Shown here: in pieces, positions 19,536 to 29,091 of the stretch
Layout of the letters: every line of letters starts with the position of its first letter
Numbering within the stretch: the stretch's first letter is position 1
NCBI GenBank assembly: GCA_027022365.1
Contig: JALVYU010000026.1
Coordinates: forward strand, 352,001 to 416,000
Source of the DNA: Desulfurococcales archaeon
GTDB lineage: Archaea > Thermoproteota > Thermoprotei_A > Sulfolobales > Desulfurococcaceae
Direction of reading: 5' to 3'
DNA: 64,000 nt
Notes under the pieces: model-generated
The model's database searches: none
Seen by the model: the letters and a program-made list of their open reading frames with translations, nothing else
Told to the model about the DNA's origin: nothing
Made by a program: the position numbers and the translations under genes

Positions 19536-20267
19536 ATGATGTCGCAACCATCCCAAAAAACCAGTTTATTGATAGGTCAGATCAGCATACTTATAATCTC
19601 ACTGGTTACTGCCTTCATGCCTCAGTATTCGATGTACATTTTCCTAGGTTATTTCATTATAATAATGATAGTAATGTTTAGAAGCTCGAGAAAAATGAGC
19701 AAAATACCTCCAAAAAACGAGCTTGGCGCACCTCTTTTTAAAGAGAATGGCGCTATCAAGATCGCTATGAATGACGAGCTATTAACACAGGAGCTCAAGA
19801 AACAAGCAATGGGGTCTATGAGTTTATTAATGCTTACATTTATGGTATTCATACTGTTTCCGCTCTATAGGCAATACGCGTTTATACCGATACACGACGC
19901 TTTATCTTCGGCTATCGGAAACACTATTGTTGTAAACTTTCTTGATTACTATATAATGTACCAGGTTATATTCGGTATTCTAACATTATCGCGGTTTTTA
20001 ATGCAGAATAAACTGGGGCAGATGAACTTAATGATTCCACAGAAATTCCATTTATACCGTATCGGAATCGTTGCCAATGACAGAATGTTCATACCGCTAA
20101 CAAGCGATTTATGCTTCATCTTTGATCGTAAGAGACACTTCGTAGAGCTTCACAGCATTAAAAACAAGGGCTTTAGAATAAGACTTTACACAGACGCTAT
20201 TAGCGAGTTAGTAGAAAAACTGAAAAGCCTAAAGGTGTCCCAATGTGTCGAGGAAGCAAAGATATAA
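19536..20267 (+). CDS. DUF2208-like membrane protein
   Basis: Four hydrophobic segments plus soluble C-terminus typical of this crenarchaeal family. Confidence 0.65.
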   Translation: MMSQPSQKTSLLIGQISILIISLVTAFMPQYSMYIFLGYFIIIMIVMFRSSRKMSKIPPKNELGAPLFKENGAIKIAMNDELLTQELKKQAMGSMSLLMLTFMVFILFPLYRQYAFIPIHDALSSAIGNTIVVNFLDYYIMYQVIFGILTLSRFLMQNKLGQMNLMIPQKFHLYRIGIVANDRMFIPLTSDLCFIFDRKRHFVELHSIKNKGFRIRLYTDAISELVEKLKSLKVSQCVEEAKI

Positions 20268-20490
20268 ATGTATAATGTGTGGCCGAATATTCCCCGAGGG
20301 CCAAGGCATAGTAATTACATATGGAAAAACAATACTGTCGTTCCATAGCAATAGATGCGCCTCGAAATTCTTTAGACTGCTCCTGGAACGTGTACCTCCA
20401 GAAGAACTTGAAAAATACATTAAGAGGCTTATCGAGGAACAAGAAGATAGGCTTAGATCGCTTGAGGAGATTAAAAAGAAGAAAATATAA
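20245..20490 (+). CDS. TRASH/L24e-like zinc-binding protein
   Basis: CIMCGRIFPEGQGI...FHSNRCASKF. Confidence 0.7.
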   Translation: MSRKQRYKCIMCGRIFPEGQGIVITYGKTILSFHSNRCASKFFRLLLERVPPEELEKYIKRLIEEQEDRLRSLEEIKKKKI

Positions 20491-20556
20491 TAGGTCTGCT
20501 CGCGGTAATGTCATCATCCCTTACGGTCCATGGGGGGCAAGTGTCTTCATCCCTAG
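20491..20556 (-). ncRNA. box C/D sRNA (double 16S guide)
   Basis: ATGAAGA CACTTGCCCCCC ... ATGATGA CATTACCGCGAG CAGA; guides complementary to 16S GGGGGGCAAGU and CGCGGUAAU. Confidence 0.8.
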
Positions 20557-20583
20557 GGCCAAGATTATTTGGCTAAAGCATTA

Positions 20584-20820
20584 TCAACTATTGTTTTGAT
20601 TCCCCTTTGAAAATCTTCTCCTTATTTCATCCACCACTTCTCTACTTAGACCAATTTTTCTCGCCATTTCTAAAGCCTTTTCAAGAGCTTCATCATCACT
20701 GATCGCATTGACATTGAATAATATATTTGTCTCCTTCAAACGAACTCTATACCTAGGCTGCCCCAGGAAAACATATCTTTCCAGTATTTCTAGATCCTTC
20801 TTGTCAATCAAACCTGACAC
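20584..20820 (-). CDS. hypothetical protein (78 aa)
   Basis: ORF co-oriented with the HIT gene. Confidence 0.65.
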   Translation of the reverse strand: MSGLIDKKDLEILERYVFLGQPRYRVRLKETNILFNVNAISDDEALEKALEMARKIGLSREVVDEIRRRFSKGNQNNS

Positions 20821-20843
20821 CCCAAAATCTTAATCGATAAAAT

Positions 20844-20900
20844 CTTCGGTTAAACCCTGCCCTCATCATCAAACATCAGTGATCGAGGGCTTCCACATCT
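20844..20900 (-). ncRNA. box C/D sRNA (double 16S guide) overlapping HIT 3' end
   Basis: ATGTGGA AGCCCTCGATCA CTGA TGTTTG ATGATGA GGGCAGGGTTTAA CCGA. Confidence 0.8.
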
Positions 20901-21401
20901 GTTTTCAATATCTTTCCACTTAGATTTTAATATGTGATATCCCTCGTTTAGGGCCATAGGTAGAGTTTTTGTAGAACCTATAATAGCGATGAAATTAGCG
21001 TCGCCAACCCATCTGGGTACTACATGGAAGTGAATATGCCCTGGAACACCAGCACCAGCTGCTCTTCCTATATTGACTCCTATATTGAACCCATCAGGGT
21101 TAAATGCCTTCTTAAGAACTTCGACAGAGCGTCTAATGAGCGTACACATTTCAAGATATTCTTCCTCTGTTAGATCAGATAGTTCTCCGACATGCCTATA
21201 TGGTACTATGAGTAGGTGCCCCGTATTATATGGGTAAGCATTCATAACAACATATGATTTCCTCCCCCGATATATGATCAATGACTGGTCATCACTGTAT
21301 TTAGGTAGTTCGCAGAAGACGCATTTCTTCTCGGAATCTATTTTTCGTATGTACTCGTATCTCCAGGGGTTCCAAAGTAGTTTAAACAATTTATCACCCA
21401 T
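20850..21401 (-). CDS. HIT-family nucleotide hydrolase
   Basis: LWNPWR, CVFC, NAYPYNTGH, HIHFHVVPRW. Confidence 0.93.
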   Translation of the reverse strand: MGDKLFKLLWNPWRYEYIRKIDSEKKCVFCELPKYSDDQSLIIYRGRKSYVVMNAYPYNTGHLLIVPYRHVGELSDLTEEEYLEMCTLIRRSVEVLKKAFNPDGFNIGVNIGRAAGAGVPGHIHFHVVPRWVGDANFIAIIGSTKTLPMALNEGYHILKSKWKDIENRCGSPRSLMFDDEGRV

Positions 21402-21619
21402 TACTCACTTAATTATGCTCTCGATATTGCTTTCCTTTTATTGAGAAATATACGCCAGCTACTTATAGAAGTTATGGAAATATATAACATAATTCATACC
21501 TATTTACGGATACAACGTTTTTATACATGGCGAACTTAGTAAACTACTTACTTATAGAAGTGAAAACAAGGGTGAAAACATTTGTGGAAGAGTCACGAAA
21601 CATGTAAATTATGTAAACA

Positions 21620-23341
21620 ATGACTAATCGAGGTACACTAATTATGGCCGAAACTACTGATCTTCTGAAAGAATCATTTAATATCATGAAGATACTGTCA
21701 ATTGATTCCTTGCTTTCTGTAGTAATATTTCTCTTTGCATCTATCCTGACATATGTTAATGCAAATTTAATGAAATCATTTATCGACTCGTTAATTGGCC
21801 CAAGTAATTTTAACGCGGTTCTTTATAAAGGATTTGGATTATTAGCAGTTGTCTTGATAAGTTATGTTTTAAGTTTTATAGGCGAATACATATTAAGACG
21901 GATTGGTGTCAAAGCTTTTATGGTGTTTTCAAATAAAATGCTAAGCACACTATATAGTGCTAAATACATTCATCTAAAAAGCGGGGATATTTTGACGAGA
22001 TTTATATCAGATCTTTATGAACTTTCAAGCAATCTTGCCGGTGTTATTCCTGCATTACTTATTCAATTATCAAGACTGGGAGTTATGATATATACGTTAT
22101 ATGTTCTCTCTCCAAGGCTTCTCTTATTAGCGATAGGTCTTACTTTTCCAAGCTATATAATCTATAAGATTTCCGTGAAAAGAATAGTTAGGTATTCGAG
22201 CCTAGAGAGATCATATTTATCGAAACTTGTTAATACGTTGAAGAATGTTATTGATAATCTTTTGTTCATTAAGAGATTCAATATTTATGAGTACTTTAGA
22301 GAGAAATTTTCACGCTCATTAAGCGAATGGTCTAGATATCTTATGAGATACATGCTATATACAATCTTCTTTAATAAGTCCTATTTTTACCTAAATTCGA
22401 TCATTAGAATAATTGTCTTAATAATTGGCGGATGGTTAGTATTGAATGGGTACTTCACAGTCGGCACACTTATCGCCTTTACATCAGTACTACCCGAGTT
22501 CTACGAGCCAATCATAAATCTAGCAAATATGCTTACCGGTTTATCTGGTTTGATACCGTATTTGGACAGGTATTATGAGATACTTAACCTGGACAAGGAA
22601 GACCTGTATAAGGGGATCAAACTACAGAAAGTGAATAGAATAGAATTTTCCAGTGTTAGCCTTAGTATTGGGGATAAGAAAATACTCGATAACATATCAT
22701 TTGTTCTGAGTAAGAGAGAATGGATAGGTATAGTCGGTCCAATAGGTTCGGGAAAAACAAGCTTAGCATTAACACTAATAAGATTATATGAGCCGACTAG
22801 TGGAGTCGTCAGAATAAATGGTTTAGATTATAAAGAGTATTCATTGTTCTCCCTTAGAGAAAAAATATTATATATTTCCTCAAAAGAGCCCATCATACAT
22901 GGCTCCCTGAGGGAGAATATATCGTTAGACAAAGAATATGGTAGCGATAAATTAAGGCGCATAATCAATATTGTTGGAATAGATTTTGCGGATCTAGAAG
23001 ACATAATAGATCCAGAAAAATTATCTGAAGGACAAAAACAGAAAATAGCACTAGCCAGAGCATTAATTCGTGATCCCGACGTACTAATACTAGATGAAGC
23101 TACAAATAGCCTCGATCCACAGAATGAATCCCTTATTTTACAGAATATTAGGAAATACCTAGAAGACTCAATAATTATAATTATCTCTCATAGGTTCTCG
23201 TCTCTAAAGAATGTGGATACAATATACGTGCTCCATAACGGGAGATTTATTGCTCGTGGAAAACACGAAGAATTACTGAAAAAATGTCAGCTCTACTCAG
23301 AGCTAATGAAAGAGTATTCGATGTTCCATGTAATGAGTTAA
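21620..23341 (+). CDS. ABC exporter, fused permease plus ATPase (MdlB/peptide-exporter type)
   Basis: About six TM helices; GPIGSGKT, LSEGQKQ, LILDEATNSLD, ISHR. Confidence 0.9.
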   Translation: MTNRGTLIMAETTDLLKESFNIMKILSIDSLLSVVIFLFASILTYVNANLMKSFIDSLIGPSNFNAVLYKGFGLLAVVLISYVLSFIGEYILRRIGVKAFMVFSNKMLSTLYSAKYIHLKSGDILTRFISDLYELSSNLAGVIPALLIQLSRLGVMIYTLYVLSPRLLLLAIGLTFPSYIIYKISVKRIVRYSSLERSYLSKLVNTLKNVIDNLLFIKRFNIYEYFREKFSRSLSEWSRYLMRYMLYTIFFNKSYFYLNSIIRIIVLIIGGWLVLNGYFTVGTLIAFTSVLPEFYEPIINLANMLTGLSGLIPYLDRYYEILNLDKEDLYKGIKLQKVNRIEFSSVSLSIGDKKILDNISFVLSKREWIGIVGPIGSGKTSLALTLIRLYEPTSGVVRINGLDYKEYSLFSLREKILYISSKEPIIHGSLRENISLDKEYGSDKLRRIINIVGIDFADLEDIIDPEKLSEGQKQKIALARALIRDPDVLILDEATNSLDPQNESLILQNIRKYLEDSIIIIISHRFSSLKNVDTIYVLHNGRFIARGKHEELLKKCQLYSELMKEYSMFHVMS

Positions 23342-23631
23342 ATCATAAACATGATTGAGTAGTAAAGAATCAATCCTTTAAAATCTATCTTGGGCGACAA
23401 AATTAAAAAGAACATACTGCGTTCCTCAAAAATATCTGTTATAAGATGTGCTTGGCGTCCTCCATGCATGTAATGAAATATGCTTAGGTAAAGCGTTGAA
23501 ACTATTAATGATTGATATTATGTATGATGTAAAAGATATTAATGAGAGTCTATCTGCTTTATCATCCTGGACTTTAGTCTCAAAAAAACGTAGCTTAGTT
23601 AATGGTGTCACATTTATGTGGGTGAATCCGG

Positions 23632-24432
23632 ATGTTTAATGAATACTTGGTTATGGCTAAGATATTTACCGCCTTATTGTTTCTGATCTGGTTCGGTATA
23701 CTCGATTATAGAACTAGAGATATACCCGACAAGTATATCTGGGTATGGGGCGGCATAAGCATATTTTTCTTTGTAGCGTCCATGATCTTATATAGGAATA
23801 TCCTTAGTTGGTTTATCATCTATACATTGTTATCTTTAATGATAGGGCCGGGGTTATTCGGTCTTCTTTCATATTTTGAGCTTATGGGCTGGGCCGATTT
23901 CTTCGCTGTACTTTGGATTACGCTAATGTTTCCCGTACCAGACATATATTTAGTAAATCTCGTGAATGTGCCATCGTTTTTCCGTTTCCCCCCGATAATA
24001 CCTATTATATTATATTCAAGCCTATCAATCGCATTGATCGCGCTAATTAGGGGATTATACTCGCTTGTAAGATATAGGAAAATGGTACCTCCAAACGCAT
24101 CGTTCCGGGATAAGGTAGCTCTACTCTTTACTGGGAGAGTTGTATCAGTGAAAAAATATCTTGAAATGAAGCACTATTACCCATTAACTATACCCAGGGT
24201 TGAGGATGGAAAAATAGTCTTCAGTATTCGGCGGAGCTTCGATATTTATGAAGAGTACGAGGATTATCAAAGAGAGCTGAAGGAACTCCTAGACAACGGC
24301 CTAATCAAACCTGAGGATAAGATATGGGTTACATATGGTATTCCATTTATCATACCGCTACTACTAGGCTTTGTAATTACAATACTAGTTGGCGACACCC
24401 CGCTTCTTTACTTATTAATGATTATTCGATGA
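23632..24432 (+). CDS. A24 prepilin/prearchaellin peptidase (PibD/FlaK-like)
   Basis: LDYRTRDIPD first Asp, MGWAD GxGD-like second Asp, C-terminal WVTYGIPFI. Confidence 0.85.
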   Translation: MFNEYLVMAKIFTALLFLIWFGILDYRTRDIPDKYIWVWGGISIFFFVASMILYRNILSWFIIYTLLSLMIGPGLFGLLSYFELMGWADFFAVLWITLMFPVPDIYLVNLVNVPSFFRFPPIIPIILYSSLSIALIALIRGLYSLVRYRKMVPPNASFRDKVALLFTGRVVSVKKYLEMKHYYPLTIPRVEDGKIVFSIRRSFDIYEEYEDYQRELKELLDNGLIKPEDKIWVTYGIPFIIPLLLGFVITILVGDTPLLYLLMIIR

Positions 24433-24481
24433 TTACTAAAACATTATAGTATTGAGTTAGAGCTAATCAACGATATTGTCT

Positions 24482-25435
24482 TTACTCTTCGGGATCACGT
24501 ATTCCTTCATCAACAATAACAAACACTGCTTCGCCCTCAGGCAAATGCGGAGCATCAACTATTTTGGCAATTCTTCTATTACCCTTAGCCTTCCTTAGCT
24601 GTACTCTTACACCAGGCGTGTGTGCTAGGACGTGGCCTCCTACAGCTTGTGTTGGATCACCATAGAATACATCGGGCCTAGCCATGACCTGATTCGTAAC
24701 TACCACTGCAATATTATATGCTTCCGCCAGTCTTACCAATTGGTGCAGGTGCTTGTTGAGCTTCTGCTGCCTGACTGCAAGGTTCTCTCTGCCTGGATAC
24801 TCGGCTCTGAAGTGGCTTGTCACGGAATCAATTATAACCAGCTTTACATTTTCTTTAGGCACTAGAGTGAATAGCTCGTCAACTATCGCCATCTGGTGAT
24901 CACTATTATATGCTCTCTGATATAGTATGTTCTCCATTACCTCATCCGGATCTAGACCTAGACCCCTAGCCATCGCCTCAATACGCTCCCAACGGAATGT
25001 ACCTTCCGTGTCAATGTATACTGCTTTACCCTTGAGACCGCCACGCTCTGGTGGAAGCTGTACGTTTACACTAAGCTGATGACATATTTGTGTCTTACCT
25101 GTCCCGTATTCTCCAAAGAATTCTGTGATCGTTTTAGTCTCAATACCTCCGCCTAGTAGATCGTCTAAGTTCTTGCTTCCCGTGGTTATCTTCCGGACGC
25201 TCAGCCTTTCCATTTTTACTTCCTTGGCTGTCTTAAACCTAATGCCCAAGGCTTTTCTGGCAGCAGCAATTATTTTCTCGGCTGTTGTTACAGGTATTCC
25301 TGCTCTAGCACTAATCTCTTCGGCTCGCGACACTGCTATAGCCCATAGAGTGACGTATCCTGCTTCTTCAAGTTTCTTAGCTATTGTTGCGCCTACTCCA
25401 GGCAGGTCTTTTATCGTCTTAATCTGTTCACTCAT
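24482..25435 (-). CDS. radA: recombinase RadA
   Basis: [28 protein letters not shown], HhH N-terminus; no intein. Confidence 0.98.
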   Translation of the reverse strand: MSEQIKTIKDLPGVGATIAKKLEEAGYVTLWAIAVSRAEEISARAGIPVTTAEKIIAAARKALGIRFKTAKEVKMERLSVRKITTGSKNLDDLLGGGIETKTITEFFGEYGTGKTQICHQLSVNVQLPPERGGLKGKAVYIDTEGTFRWERIEAMARGLGLDPDEVMENILYQRAYNSDHQMAIVDELFTLVPKENVKLVIIDSVTSHFRAEYPGRENLAVRQQKLNKHLHQLVRLAEAYNIAVVVTNQVMARPDVFYGDPTQAVGGHVLAHTPGVRVQLRKAKGNRRIAKIVDAPHLPEGEAVFVIVDEGIRDPEE

Positions 25436-25597
25436 CTTAACACCAACCCAATACTAACATTTTTAAAAAGACCTTTATAAGTCATCATAATACTTTCGCC
25501 CTACTATTTACGACACAACGCTAATAAAATCATTCACCTAAATAGACAATACAATAAAATATCTGTCTATACCCCTATCAAAACCAGGTGTAAAATA

Positions 25598-26032
25598 TTG
25601 ATAACTGTTTCCGTTCAACTAACAAGCATTAATGCTGAACGCCTAGCCGAGGCACTACCACAAAAAATACAATTTAACATCAACCTAGCCCTACCCTCAA
25701 ACCCTCCATATCATCAAGACTCAAAGTTCATCATACCATTCACGTTCACACTCTCATCAATGCCTCCAGTAGTACAGATCATTCTCAAAGGAAACGCTAT
25801 CGTCATCAGTGATAATAAGGAAGAACTAGAAAACCTTGAAAAAGATCTTAAAAAGAAGAATGTTCCACCAATGATAGTTCAGGCCGTATTCACTGCAATG
25901 ATAACGGAATCCATAATTATTAGCCGCTCGCTAGGAACACCTCCACCTATCCCGGGATTACCTCCCATTCCCGGACAACAAGGCAGAGATAGTAAGAAAA
26001 GTCAAGATTTTAGCCCAGGAACCGTGATATAA
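25598..26032 (+). CDS. conserved hypothetical protein (possible SecB-like beta fold)
   Basis: SD GGTG; alternating beta-strand pattern, helix, Pro-rich tail. Confidence 0.7.
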   Translation: MITVSVQLTSINAERLAEALPQKIQFNINLALPSNPPYHQDSKFIIPFTFTLSSMPPVVQIILKGNAIVISDNKEELENLEKDLKKKNVPPMIVQAVFTAMITESIIISRSLGTPPPIPGLPPIPGQQGRDSKKSQDFSPGTVI

Positions 26033-26061
26033 TAAGCCCACGTGTATGGGGGTAGAAAGCA

Positions 26062-27906
26062 TTGAAGCTACTGCTAATACACGCCAAAAAATTCAGCTAT
26101 AGTGTCACGGAAAAAGCCATCAATAACCCCGAGGAGCTTGATGAAAAGAACAGGGCTAGAGATCTCGAGAACACGTTGGTCGTGTTCACTTCGGTCGAGA
26201 AAGACGATGACGAGAATGTGGTTAGTAGAGCCGCTGAGGAAATCATTGAGATCGCCAAGAAGATAAAACCATCTTCAATAGTCATATACCCGTATGCTCA
26301 TCTCTCAGCAGAACTAGCCGATCCATTAACAGCGCAGAAAATACTAGCACAACTATATGAGAAGTTATCGGAGAAGGCAGAAATACAAGTATATAAGGCG
26401 CCATTCGGATGGTATAAAGCCTTCACAATAGAATGTTATGGCCACCCATTAAGCGAGCTCTCTAAAACAATAAAGAAGACCAAGGGCGGCGAAATAGTAC
26501 GTAGAGAGATCAAAAAGGAATTCTATATTGTTGCTCCAGACGGAGAAGTATTTAAACCTGAAGAATTCGATTACTCGGAATACCCCGACCTAAAGATACT
26601 GGTCGATAAGGAAGTATTCGGAAAAGTGCTCGAGGGCGGCGAGAACATAGTCAATAAGTACTGTAGGAAGTTCGGATTCGAGTGGGAGCCCATGAGTGAC
26701 CATGGCCATATGCGATACGGCCCCCACGCGACAACTATTATGGAGGCACTATTCCAGTATTCCTGGCAAGTCGCTAGGAGCCTCGGAATACCGGTGTTTA
26801 AAGTCATAGGTACAAACATATTCGATCTCTCCGAGAAACCCGTCCTAGAACACGCGCTATTATTCGGTGATAGACTATACGAGCTCGAAGTAGAGGGCAA
26901 AAAATATGTTATGAGATATGCTGCGTGCCACCAGCAATTCGCGATGCTGAGAGACTGGATCATAAGCTATAAGAATCTGCCATTCGGAATGTTCGAGGTC
27001 GCGGACAGTTACAGATTAGAACAAAGAGGAGAATTAAACCTATGCTTTAGGCTAAGAAAATTCTATATGCCAGACCTACATATTCTCACTAGAGATCTAG
27101 AACAGGCAATAGAGGCCTCAAAAACTGTTCAGAAAAAAATTCTTGAAGAAGTATCTAAAGTAGGGCGCAGATACGTTGCACTATATAATGTAACACGTGA
27201 TTTCTTCGAGAAATACAGGGAGGTACTAGTAGACTTCATAAAGAGAGACAACTACCCAGCACTCGTCGCAGTCATACCTTCTGGAATATACTATTGGGTC
27301 CTAAACGTGGAGTACCACATTATAGATAATCTGAAAAGACCTAGAGAAATAGCGACCTTCCAGATAGATATTGGTAACGGGAAGAGATTCAACATAACAT
27401 ACACTGATGAAAACGGTGAAAAGAAATACCCAGTCATAATACATACCGCGATCCTTGGGGGAATAGAGAGATACATATATATGGTATTGGATACCGCGGC
27501 CCAGATACAACTCAACGGAAAAACACCATACATTCCCACATGGCTATCACCGATCCAAGTTAGGATAATACCGATCAAGAAAGAATACCTTGACTATGCG
27601 AAATCTATAGCTGAAAAACTACTCGCTAAAGGAATACGTGTCGACATAGACGACAGAGAGGAGAGCCTAGGCAAAAGAATACGTGATGCCGGAAGGGAAT
27701 GGATACCATATATCGTTGTCATCGGTGAGAGAGAAATAAAGAGCAATACTATCAACGTGAGGTTTAGAAAGACAAATGACCAGAAAATAATGAGCGTCGA
27801 TGAACTCGTAAAAACGATTGATAAGGAGATAAAAGATTATCCAAGAATACCGCAAACATTACCGGTAATGATCAGCCAAAGACCCATTCCTAGCTATCAA
27901 GCTTAA
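26062..27906 (+). CDS. thrS: threonine--tRNA ligase with archaeal editing domain
   Basis: MKLLLIHA, YPYAHLS, APFGWYK, RYAACHQ, FYMPDLH, anticodon-binding domain. Confidence 0.96.
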   Translation: MKLLLIHAKKFSYSVTEKAINNPEELDEKNRARDLENTLVVFTSVEKDDDENVVSRAAEEIIEIAKKIKPSSIVIYPYAHLSAELADPLTAQKILAQLYEKLSEKAEIQVYKAPFGWYKAFTIECYGHPLSELSKTIKKTKGGEIVRREIKKEFYIVAPDGEVFKPEEFDYSEYPDLKILVDKEVFGKVLEGGENIVNKYCRKFGFEWEPMSDHGHMRYGPHATTIMEALFQYSWQVARSLGIPVFKVIGTNIFDLSEKPVLEHALLFGDRLYELEVEGKKYVMRYAACHQQFAMLRDWIISYKNLPFGMFEVADSYRLEQRGELNLCFRLRKFYMPDLHILTRDLEQAIEASKTVQKKILEEVSKVGRRYVALYNVTRDFFEKYREVLVDFIKRDNYPALVAVIPSGIYYWVLNVEYHIIDNLKRPREIATFQIDIGNGKRFNITYTDENGEKKYPVIIHTAILGGIERYIYMVLDTAAQIQLNGKTPYIPTWLSPIQVRIIPIKKEYLDYAKSIAEKLLAKGIRVDIDDREESLGKRIRDAGREWIPYIVVIGEREIKSNTINVRFRKTNDQKIMSVDELVKTIDKEIKDYPRIPQTLPVMISQRPIPSYQA

Positions 27907-27960
27907 TTTTCTCTGAACAATATTTTTCAGCCCCACTATCCGCGAACGGTGTAACGTCTT

Positions 27961-28572
27961 ATGGTGGAGAAGAAATTCCTCGGACGACACATTATGATCA
28001 AGGGCGAGTATATCGATGATCTCCTATCCGGCAGGAAAAAAGCAACCATCCGAAAAGGTATCGTTATTCCTAAATACAAAGAAATGATCGTACATGGTGG
28101 AGGAAGGCCTGTAGCAAAGATAAGAATTAACAAAGTATATTACAAAAAGCTCAAAGAACTCAATGACAACGATGCCGTAAAAGATGGGTTCAATAACAAG
28201 GCTGAGCTTATAAAAGCTCTAGAAACAGTATACCCGGGAATTAAACCCGATGACTGGGTAACAATAATAGAGTTTGACGTCATACAACGACTAGACAACA
28301 TAAAGTCCGAAGAACCCTATATGGGACTCACCCCGGGGGATCTAGCTAGAATAGCCCTACGATACCTGCAGGACGAACTCACGGAAAAAGATAGGGAAAT
28401 ACTGCTAGATCTAACGAGGACAAACAGTATAAGAGCCGCAGCCTTGAGACTATTCAATTCACTAGAAAAAAGGTATATCGTAAGAAAAACGTTAAAGAAG
28501 GTATTACGAAAACTTCTAGAAAGAGGTATAATCAAAAACACAGAAAAGAAAAGCAATAGGCGAACAATATGA
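27961..28572 (+). CDS. ASCH-domain protein with C-terminal HTH-like region
   Basis: LSGRKKATIR, DAVKDGF. Confidence 0.85.
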   Translation: MVEKKFLGRHIMIKGEYIDDLLSGRKKATIRKGIVIPKYKEMIVHGGGRPVAKIRINKVYYKKLKELNDNDAVKDGFNNKAELIKALETVYPGIKPDDWVTIIEFDVIQRLDNIKSEEPYMGLTPGDLARIALRYLQDELTEKDREILLDLTRTNSIRAAALRLFNSLEKRYIVRKTLKKVLRKLLERGIIKNTEKKSNRRTI

Positions 28573-28721
28573 CCTACTGGATACTAAAATGCCGCTCATG
28601 CGGAAAGGAATGGAAGCTCAACGTCAGCTACCCGCTCAAAAAGGAATTCACAAAGCTTTATCACTATTGTCCATTCTGTAAAAAGAACACATTCCACGAT
28701 ATAATAGAGTACGTAGAGTAG
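28569..28721 (+). CDS. small zinc-ribbon protein (50 aa), not in the ORF track
   Basis: ATGA overlap with upstream stop; MTYWILKCRSCGKEW...YCPFCKKNTFHDIIEYVE. Confidence 0.75.
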   Translation: MTYWILKCRSCGKEWKLNVSYPLKKEFTKLYHYCPFCKKNTFHDIIEYVE

Positions 28722-28732
28722 GAAGAACCTCG

Positions 28733-28792
28733 AAATGATGAATCCACGGGAATGACCCAAGCAGGGGATGAGAACACCTGTCTCAGCTGATC
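28733..28792 (+). ncRNA. box C/D sRNA
   Basis: ATGATGA ATCCACGGGA ATGA, CCC...GGG hairpin, GATGA GAACACCTGTCTCAG CTGA. Confidence 0.7.
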
Positions 28793-29091
28793 TTAAATAA
28801 TTATTTCAATCAATAAATAGAGGAATTAATACCGTAGATACGAGTAATATAGTATAGTGGTATAAATGCCCAAAGTAGGTATTTGGTCAAAATCACTAGT
28901 AAAAAGTACAAACAATAAATAGTAGAGAAATAAAGATCTTGAGAGTGTTAAATAATAATATTACGGTTCTAATTGTGCAAATCTAACTGATTTCCTTACG
29001 GAAATACTTTGGTCTTTTGGGATAGACAGATATTTTTGTGCAGTAGAACAATATAGTTATGACAATATAATCCGACGAACGGTGATCTAGT

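Noticed and set aside
23426-23639. Two ~60-aa ORFs after the ABC exporter as peptide precursors
   Set aside because: No SD, leader or Cys/Ser core pattern; consistent with random AT-rich ORFs
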